This document shows positions 1 through 4,045 of a stretch of 4,045 nucleotides of DNA, piece by piece. Position 1 is the stretch's first letter. Each line of letters begins with the position of its first letter. The notes beneath the pieces are model-generated. The model searched no databases and was not told where the DNA came from. It saw nothing but the letters and a program-made list of their open reading frames with translations. Where the stretch lies: the NCBI GenBank assembly GCA_000004985.1, contig GG739199.1; one strand, 5' to 3'. The position numbers and the translations under genes were made by a program. Origin of the DNA: Naegleria gruberi. Taxonomy: Eukaryota.

Positions 1-258
1 GCTATTAGCAGCACTTGATGCTCTTTCTCTCTTCTCCTTTATCAAGGCTTGCTTTTTATAACTTCTCTTTTGCATAAAAAAGTAATACATTAATAGTAAA
101 TTAATCAAAACAAGACTAGATGTTGCAAATATATGACTCCACAATTCACCTGCTAACGGTTCATACACTGATTCTCGGAGAAAACTATTAGACACAGACA
201 AGAGAAGGAAAATCAACCAAAACAAGGTTGCATGTACCATCATTATAGATCGTTCCAT
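1..258 (-). CDS. Hypothetical small membrane protein; 5' end of gene, partial (continues beyond window start). Start ATG at 258..256, open for 86 codons to position 1.
   Basis: Reverse-complement translation gives MERSIMMVHATLFWLIFLLLSVSNSFLRESVYEPLAGELWSHIFATSSLVLINLLLMYYFFMQKRSYKKQALIKEKRERASSAANS... with no stop. The frame is closed immediately upstream by taa/tag/tag at about 262..270. The ATG sits in an aaaATGg context. There are two roughly 14-15 residue hydrophobic segments followed by a Lys/Arg/Glu-rich tail. Local GC is higher than in the flanking AT-rich spacer. Chance of 86 stop-free codons at this base composition is roughly 1e-3. Probably absent from the ORF track because it is shorter than the length cutoff or has no stop. 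Confidence 0.45.
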   Translation of the reverse strand, partial: MERSIMMVHATLFWLIFLLLSVSNSFLRESVYEPLAGELWSHIFATSSLVLINLLLMYYFFMQKRSYKKQALIKEKRERASSAANS

Positions 259-289
259 TTTCTACTATTATTCCGATATAATTTAAATT

Positions 290-321
290 ATGATGATGAT
301 ATGAAGATGACGATGATGATG
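290..321. repeat. Imperfect trinucleotide microsatellite: (ATG)3-AT-ATG-AAG-ATG-ACG-(ATG)3, which reads as CAT repeats on the minus strand.
   Basis: Read directly from the sequence. It lies 32-65 nt upstream of the minus-strand ATG at 258. An in-frame stop separates it from that ORF, so it is not coding. Confidence 0.8.
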
Positions 322-428
322 TATTAATAATACGTGTGTTGTATTCAAAATTGAAAAAAAGCTTCACGAAGTAAGTTGAGTATTTTTTTGTTAAATTTTT
401 GTTTGTAGCCTTTTTTGCAATTTCGGAA

Positions 429-434
429 TTTAAT
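429..434 (-). promoter_or_regulatory. Candidate polyadenylation signal variant (ATTAAA on minus strand) for the RCC1-like gene.
   Basis: Plus-strand tttaat at 429..434, about 257 nt downstream of the TAA at 691. No exact AATAAA occurs on the minus strand in this spacer. Weak evidence. Confidence 0.2.
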
Positions 435-466
435 TTCCATTCTCATTCGAATTGGGAGAATTGGAA
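435..466. repeat. Imperfect inverted repeat, ttccattctc / gagaattggaa (10 of 11 positions, one bulge), with an 11-nt spacer containing the ttcgaa palindrome.
   Basis: rc(gagaattggaa) = ttccaattctc, compared with the left arm ttcca-ttctc. It lies in the spacer between the RCC1-like stop (691) and the ATG of the small ORF (258). Confidence 0.5.
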
Positions 467-690
467 CACGAAAATTAAAATGTTAATAAATAATATTCAA
501 TAAATAGCAAGTAACATTCCAAAAATATTTAAATTTAAACAATTTTTTTTTACAATGTATTTAGGAAATCAAATGAAATATCACTCAATTCTGAGGATTG
601 ACTTGCTTGACGAAGCATTGCAATCATGTAGGTTTTTCCTTTTGACATGGCTTTGAAATGGATGATTAAAATGTAGATGAATAGATGAAA

Positions 691-1160
691 TTACTTACCA
701 CCATCAGCAAAATAGACAATCATGTGTTGAAATCCTCCTGTAACAAATGGTGTCTTGTTTGAGAATTTCCTACATAATTCCTCTAATTGAGTACTTCTTT
801 TTACACCTTGACTAGTTTCCATGACTGCTCCCAATTGATTGTTGGAATTATTTCCACAAATGAGTACTTGTCCTGAACGAGTAAGGATAATGGTTTGATA
901 GGTGTGAATACCAACATTGGTAATTTCCTTATAGCACAAATCGTGATTCATTGTCCAATTAGAAACTCTTGAGCTTGGAATTCCAGTCTCACCTGAGCCG
1001 TTATCTCCCCAACAATAGACTTCATCTTGTGATGTTATTGCAATGCCGGAAAGTGATCCACAAAAAATCTTGGAAACAGGTGCATCAATATTCATTCTGG
1101 TCCATGCTGAAGTTGAAGCATTTTCAACTGATTGACCAATACTATACAAATGTCCTCTTC
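691..1160 (-). CDS. RCC1-like repeat (regulator of chromosome condensation / RCC1 beta-propeller) protein. This is the last coding exon including the TAA stop (691..693). The exon begins after the intron acceptor at 1161.
   Basis: Translation contains consecutive RCC1-type repeats: ...RGHLYSIGQSVENAS..., ...SGIAITSQDEVYCWGDNGSGETG..., ...GIHTYQTIILTRSGQVLICGNNSNNQLG..., ...TGGFQHMIVYFADGGK*. These match the family pattern G-x-x-H-T/S-x-x-L-T-x-D-G-x-V-Y/F-x-W-G-x-N-x-x-G-Q-L-G. Ending on 'GGFQHMIVYF' mirrors the C-terminus of RCC1, which ends ...SSGGQHTVLLV plus a short tail. The frame is closed upstream by TAA at 1174..1176, so the exon must start at an acceptor. The ORF track's 'M' at 1149..1147 is a TTG codon, not a real start. 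Confidence 0.8.
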
Positions 1161-1207
1161 CTGTTGTTGAAAATTAATCTCAAATTCAATAATTCACAAC
1201 AACATAC
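1161..1207 (-). other. Predicted 47-nt spliceosomal intron (GTATGT at 1207..1202, through ttttcaacaaCAG ending at 1161) within the RCC1-like gene.
   Basis: The in-frame TAA at 1174..1176 forces an exon boundary. GTATGT and a pyrimidine-rich ...CAG are correctly spaced. Splicing joins ...T-M-V-V-[N/D/H/Y]-R (exon ending at 1208, phase 1) to R-G-H-L-Y-S-I-G-Q, which reconstitutes an RCC1 '...T-x-D-G-x-V-Y-S-x-G' repeat core. An ambiguous base at 1211 lies inside that codon. Confidence 0.5.
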
Positions 1208-1225
1208 TATNTACAACCATTGTGT
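1208..1225 (-). CDS. 3' end of the preceding RCC1-like exon, truncated by the assembly gap.
   Basis: rc(1208..1225) = acacaatggttgtanata, which reads ..T M V V x in the frame that joins across the 47-nt intron. The rest of this exon and all 5' exons must lie within or beyond the N run. Confidence 0.4.
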
Positions 1226-2972
1226 NNNNNNNNNNNNNNNNNNNNNNNNNNNNNNNNNNNNNNNNNNNNNNNNNNNNNNNNNNNNNNNNNNNNNNNNNNN
1301 NNNNNNNNNNNNNNNNNNNNNNNNNNNNNNNNNNNNNNNNNNNNNNNNNNNNNNNNNNNNNNNNNNNNNNNNNNNNNNNNNNNNNNNNNNNNNNNNNNNN
1401 NNNNNNNNNNNNNNNNNNNNNNNNNNNNNNNNNNNNNNNNNNNNNNNNNNNNNNNNNNNNNNNNNNNNNNNNNNNNNNNNNNNNNNNNNNNNNNNNNNNN
1501 NNNNNNNNNNNNNNNNNNNNNNNNNNNNNNNNNNNNNNNNNNNNNNNNNNNNNNNNNNNNNNNNNNNNNNNNNNNNNNNNNNNNNNNNNNNNNNNNNNNN
1601 NNNNNNNNNNNNNNNNNNNNNNNNNNNNNNNNNNNNNNNNNNNNNNNNNNNNNNNNNNNNNNNNNNNNNNNNNNNNNNNNNNNNNNNNNNNNNNNNNNNN
1701 NNNNNNNNNNNNNNNNNNNNNNNNNNNNNNNNNNNNNNNNNNNNNNNNNNNNNNNNNNNNNNNNNNNNNNNNNNNNNNNNNNNNNNNNNNNNNNNNNNNN
1801 NNNNNNNNNNNNNNNNNNNNNNNNNNNNNNNNNNNNNNNNNNNNNNNNNNNNNNNNNNNNNNNNNNNNNNNNNNNNNNNNNNNNNNNNNNNNNNNNNNNN
1901 NNNNNNNNNNNNNNNNNNNNNNNNNNNNNNNNNNNNNNNNNNNNNNNNNNNNNNNNNNNNNNNNNNNNNNNNNNNNNNNNNNNNNNNNNNNNNNNNNNNN
2001 NNNNNNNNNNNNNNNNNNNNNNNNNNNNNNNNNNNNNNNNNNNNNNNNNNNNNNNNNNNNNNNNNNNNNNNNNNNNNNNNNNNNNNNNNNNNNNNNNNNN
2101 NNNNNNNNNNNNNNNNNNNNNNNNNNNNNNNNNNNNNNNNNNNNNNNNNNNNNNNNNNNNNNNNNNNNNNNNNNNNNNNNNNNNNNNNNNNNNNNNNNNN
2201 NNNNNNNNNNNNNNNNNNNNNNNNNNNNNNNNNNNNNNNNNNNNNNNNNNNNNNNNNNNNNNNNNNNNNNNNNNNNNNNNNNNNNNNNNNNNNNNNNNNN
2301 NNNNNNNNNNNNNNNNNNNNNNNNNNNNNNNNNNNNNNNNNNNNNNNNNNNNNNNNNNNNNNNNNNNNNNNNNNNNNNNNNNNNNNNNNNNNNNNNNNNN
2401 NNNNNNNNNNNNNNNNNNNNNNNNNNNNNNNNNNNNNNNNNNNNNNNNNNNNNNNNNNNNNNNNNNNNNNNNNNNNNNNNNNNNNNNNNNNNNNNNNNNN
2501 NNNNNNNNNNNNNNNNNNNNNNNNNNNNNNNNNNNNNNNNNNNNNNNNNNNNNNNNNNNNNNNNNNNNNNNNNNNNNNNNNNNNNNNNNNNNNNNNNNNN
2601 NNNNNNNNNNNNNNNNNNNNNNNNNNNNNNNNNNNNNNNNNNNNNNNNNNNNNNNNNNNNNNNNNNNNNNNNNNNNNNNNNNNNNNNNNNNNNNNNNNNN
2701 NNNNNNNNNNNNNNNNNNNNNNNNNNNNNNNNNNNNNNNNNNNNNNNNNNNNNNNNNNNNNNNNNNNNNNNNNNNNNNNNNNNNNNNNNNNNNNNNNNNN
2801 NNNNNNNNNNNNNNNNNNNNNNNNNNNNNNNNNNNNNNNNNNNNNNNNNNNNNNNNNNNNNNNNNNNNNNNNNNNNNNNNNNNNNNNNNNNNNNNNNNNN
2901 NNNNNNNNNNNNNNNNNNNNNNNNNNNNNNNNNNNNNNNNNNNNNNNNNNNNNNNNNNNNNNNNNNNNNNNN
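1226..2972. other. Assembly gap: run of 1747 N. There is also a single ambiguous base at 1211.
   Basis: Read directly from the sequence. The non-round length suggests a size estimated from paired reads. Every plus-strand ORF in the track that crosses it is poly-X. Confidence 1.
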
Positions 2973-3421
2973 TTGTCCTTTAAATACTTAATATATTGGA
3001 TGATTAATATATTCTCAGTAAGAAATAAATCTTATCATAACGACTTTTTGACTGAATCAAGGTAAGTTTCACTTAAGTTTTGTTATCAATAATTCACAAG
3101 TCAACTAACCTTATATATGGGGAAGTTAACTCTAGTTTTCTGAATTGATTCTTGATTATTTGGTAATTGTAAGTTATTTGATTAATTCAATGCATTCACA
3201 CAATCCAAATTGTTAGCGTTTGTACTTGTAATTTGCAACTTGATTTGTGTTAAGTCTTTAGTGTTTCAAATTAGATAGAAACGAAACTTGAGCTCGTGTC
3301 ATAATGACAAATTGTAAGTAACTTTGTAATTTCACCTTAACTTATCATCTCACAATTAATTAAGTTCGGAATCTGGTTTGGAGGAAATTGGAAGGTAAGA
3401 TTATTACCATTCTTCCATACG

Positions 3422-3452
3422 TACAAGTCGACTTTGCATTTTTCGACTTGTA
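3422..3452. repeat. Perfect 10-bp inverted repeat, TACAAGTCGA ... TCGACTTGTA, with an 11-nt spacer (ctttgcatttt). It has hairpin potential and the left arm contains a palindromic GTCGAC.
   Basis: rc(tcgacttgta) = tacaagtcga. Arms are at 3422..3431 and 3443..3452. It sits about 210-240 nt downstream of the stop (3664) of the minus-strand gene. Confidence 0.85.
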
Positions 3453-3492
3453 AAATTTTAATAAAGTAAATTTTTGAAAACTTGATACCTAA

Positions 3493-3498
3493 TTTATT
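3493..3498 (-). promoter_or_regulatory. Candidate polyadenylation signal (AATAAA on minus strand) for the gene ending at 3664.
   Basis: Plus-strand tttatt at 3493..3498 gives minus AATAAA, about 166 nt downstream of the TAA stop. An alternative ATTAAA (plus tttaat) lies at about 3457..3462. Confidence 0.3.
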
Positions 3499-3505
3499 GA
3501 AAAAA

Positions 3506-3537
3506 CAGGTCCTGATAATCGAAAAATCGAGGACCTG
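3506..3537. repeat. Perfect 8-bp inverted repeat, CAGGTCCT ... AGGACCTG, with a 16-nt spacer that is itself a direct repeat (aatcga aa aatcga).
   Basis: Arms are at 3506..3513 and 3530..3537. Flanking direct repeats cctgat occur at 3511..3516 and 3534..3539. It lies in the 3' flank (presumed 3' UTR) of the minus-strand gene, between the stop and the AATAAA. Confidence 0.75.
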
Positions 3538-3663
3538 ATTTGTTCAAAACCTATGCTCAAAACTCAACACCTTGATTTTTTACAAACACAGACCTCAGCC
3601 AATCATTAGGGATAACATTATATTTAAAAAAAGGTTGAATAAATTTCAATAATTTGGTAGAAT

Positions 3664-4045
3664 TTAATGTTCACATAATGAGAATTCTCTTTCGTATAAT
3701 TCATTTTGTTCATCCCTTTTGTACTTTCTACTCTCCATCAATTGCTCACGAACCTCTTCGGCTTGTGCCTTACTCATCAAAGGAAGGAATGGAATAATCT
3801 CCTTAATAAGAATTGGATAAGGTAACTTTTTAACGAGAGGGAATGCATTCGAAATGGCAGCATCTCTCCTCTGATTATCAATGTTTGAAGTTGAAACAAT
3901 TGGCTTTTCTGGATCAACAAAGAAAAAGACAAGAATTTTTCTGGTGGCAACCTCAGTTGGATCCTTTGGGAAGAAATGTCTAACTCTGTGTTGATGGGTA
4001 TTGGGAAGAAGATACATTTTCCTTCTGTGGTTTGACATTCCCAAA
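3664..4045 (-). CDS. 3'-terminal coding exon of a gene for a protein I cannot assign to a family. It is partial: the frame is open to the window end, and the TAA stop is at 3664..3666.
   Basis: 126-codon open frame: ..GMSNHRRKMYLLPNTHQHRVRHFFPKDPTEVATRKILVFFFVDPEKPIVSTSNIDNQRRDAAISNAFPLVKKLPYPILIKEIIPFLPLMSKAQAEEVREQLMESRKYKRDEQNELYEREFSLCEH*. Composition is protein-like, the frame is stop-free in AT-rich DNA, the C-terminus is a charged helical tail, and a downstream AATAAA is present. The leading 'M' in the track is a TTG at the window edge, not a start. The segment KMYLLPN..HRVRHFFPKDPTEVATRKILVFFFVDPEKP weakly resembles a beta-grasp (ubiquitin-like or Ras-association-like) strand-hairpin-helix-strand pattern. 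That is an impression, not an assignment. Confidence 0.6.
   Translation of the reverse strand, partial: LGMSNHRRKMYLLPNTHQHRVRHFFPKDPTEVATRKILVFFFVDPEKPIVSTSNIDNQRRDAAISNAFPLVKKLPYPILIKEIIPFLPLMSKAQAEEVREQLMESRKYKRDEQNELYEREFSLCEH

Noticed and set aside
1-258. Possibility that the 1..258 ORF is the continuation (next exon) of the RCC1-like gene
   Set aside because: It begins with ATG immediately after three in-frame stops. No phase-compatible acceptor links it to the donor at 698. The peptide is hydrophobic or TM-like, not an RCC1 blade. RCC1-type proteins end with the blade found at 691..740. It was kept as a separate gene.
366-375. Plus-strand GAA|GTAAGT donor-like motif, and other plus GTAAGT/GTAAGA matches at about 3172, about 3314 and about 3396
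   Set aside because: There is no supporting open frame upstream on the plus strand. GTAAGT is expected by chance several times in AT-rich DNA. Not called.
436-460. ttcgaa / GGTTCGAAT-like tRNA T-loop resemblance, and a general scan for tRNA genes
   Set aside because: No flanking acceptor or anticodon stem complementarity. No convincing cloverleaf anywhere in the real sequence.
1147-1149. 'M' start of the RCC1-like ORF given by the track
   Set aside because: The codon is TTG (Leu). The frame is open further upstream to a TAA at 1174..1176, and the motif RGHLYSIGQ spans it. The exon starts at a splice acceptor, not at a start codon.
1220-2991. Two overlapping plus-strand ORFs (1220..2983 and 1222..2991) made almost entirely of X
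   Set aside because: They are N-run translation artefacts and contain no real sequence information.
969-3065. 698-aa plus-strand ORF in the supplied track
   Set aside because: More than 580 of its residues are 'X' from translating the N run. The real-sequence ends are low-complexity and the left end is antisense to the RCC1-like exon. It is an artefact of the gap. Only its last 30 codons are discussed as a finding.
3664-4045. Identification of the unassigned protein as ATG8/LC3/GABARAP, ATG12 or ubiquitin itself
   Set aside because: Only a loose pattern match (KYLVP...ALFFFVN versus KMYLLPN...ILVFFFVD). There is no C-terminal Gly, the downstream sequence does not follow ATG8 or ATG12, and about 75 extra residues follow. 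It is reported only as a possible beta-grasp-like segment.
1-4045. CRISPR arrays, IS-element termini, prokaryotic operon or defence-island architecture
   Set aside because: There are no regularly spaced direct repeats and no terminal inverted repeats bracketing an ORF. The genes are intron-containing and eukaryotic in character.

Overview
This is AT-rich eukaryotic nuclear DNA, with canonical GTAAGT/GTATGT splice donors, short introns and AATAAA-like signals. It is not a prokaryotic locus. A 1747-nt assembly gap (N run, 1226..2972) splits the window. All three coding elements I can support lie on the minus strand. (1) An 86-codon frame at 1..258 starts at an ATG and runs open to the window edge; it encodes two hydrophobic helices and a basic tail and is missing from the ORF track. 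(2) An exon at 691..1160 is built of RCC1 (regulator of chromosome condensation) beta-propeller repeats. It ends the way RCC1 ends. Upstream it is interrupted by a 47-nt GTATGT...CAG intron, and the preceding exon runs into the gap. (3) The 3'-terminal coding exon of a gene I cannot assign to a family lies at 3664..4045; I see a weak beta-grasp-like pattern and a charged helical tail. The three plus-strand 'ORFs' in the track are artefacts of translating the N run. I see no CRISPR array, tRNA, rRNA, transposon terminus or prokaryotic defence or operon structure. The items most worth follow-up are the uncalled small membrane-protein ORF, the unassigned protein, two clean hairpin-forming inverted repeats in the 3' flank of gene 3, and a 14-bp direct repeat on both sides of the gap. 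Family assignments are from reading motifs by eye and should be confirmed by search.
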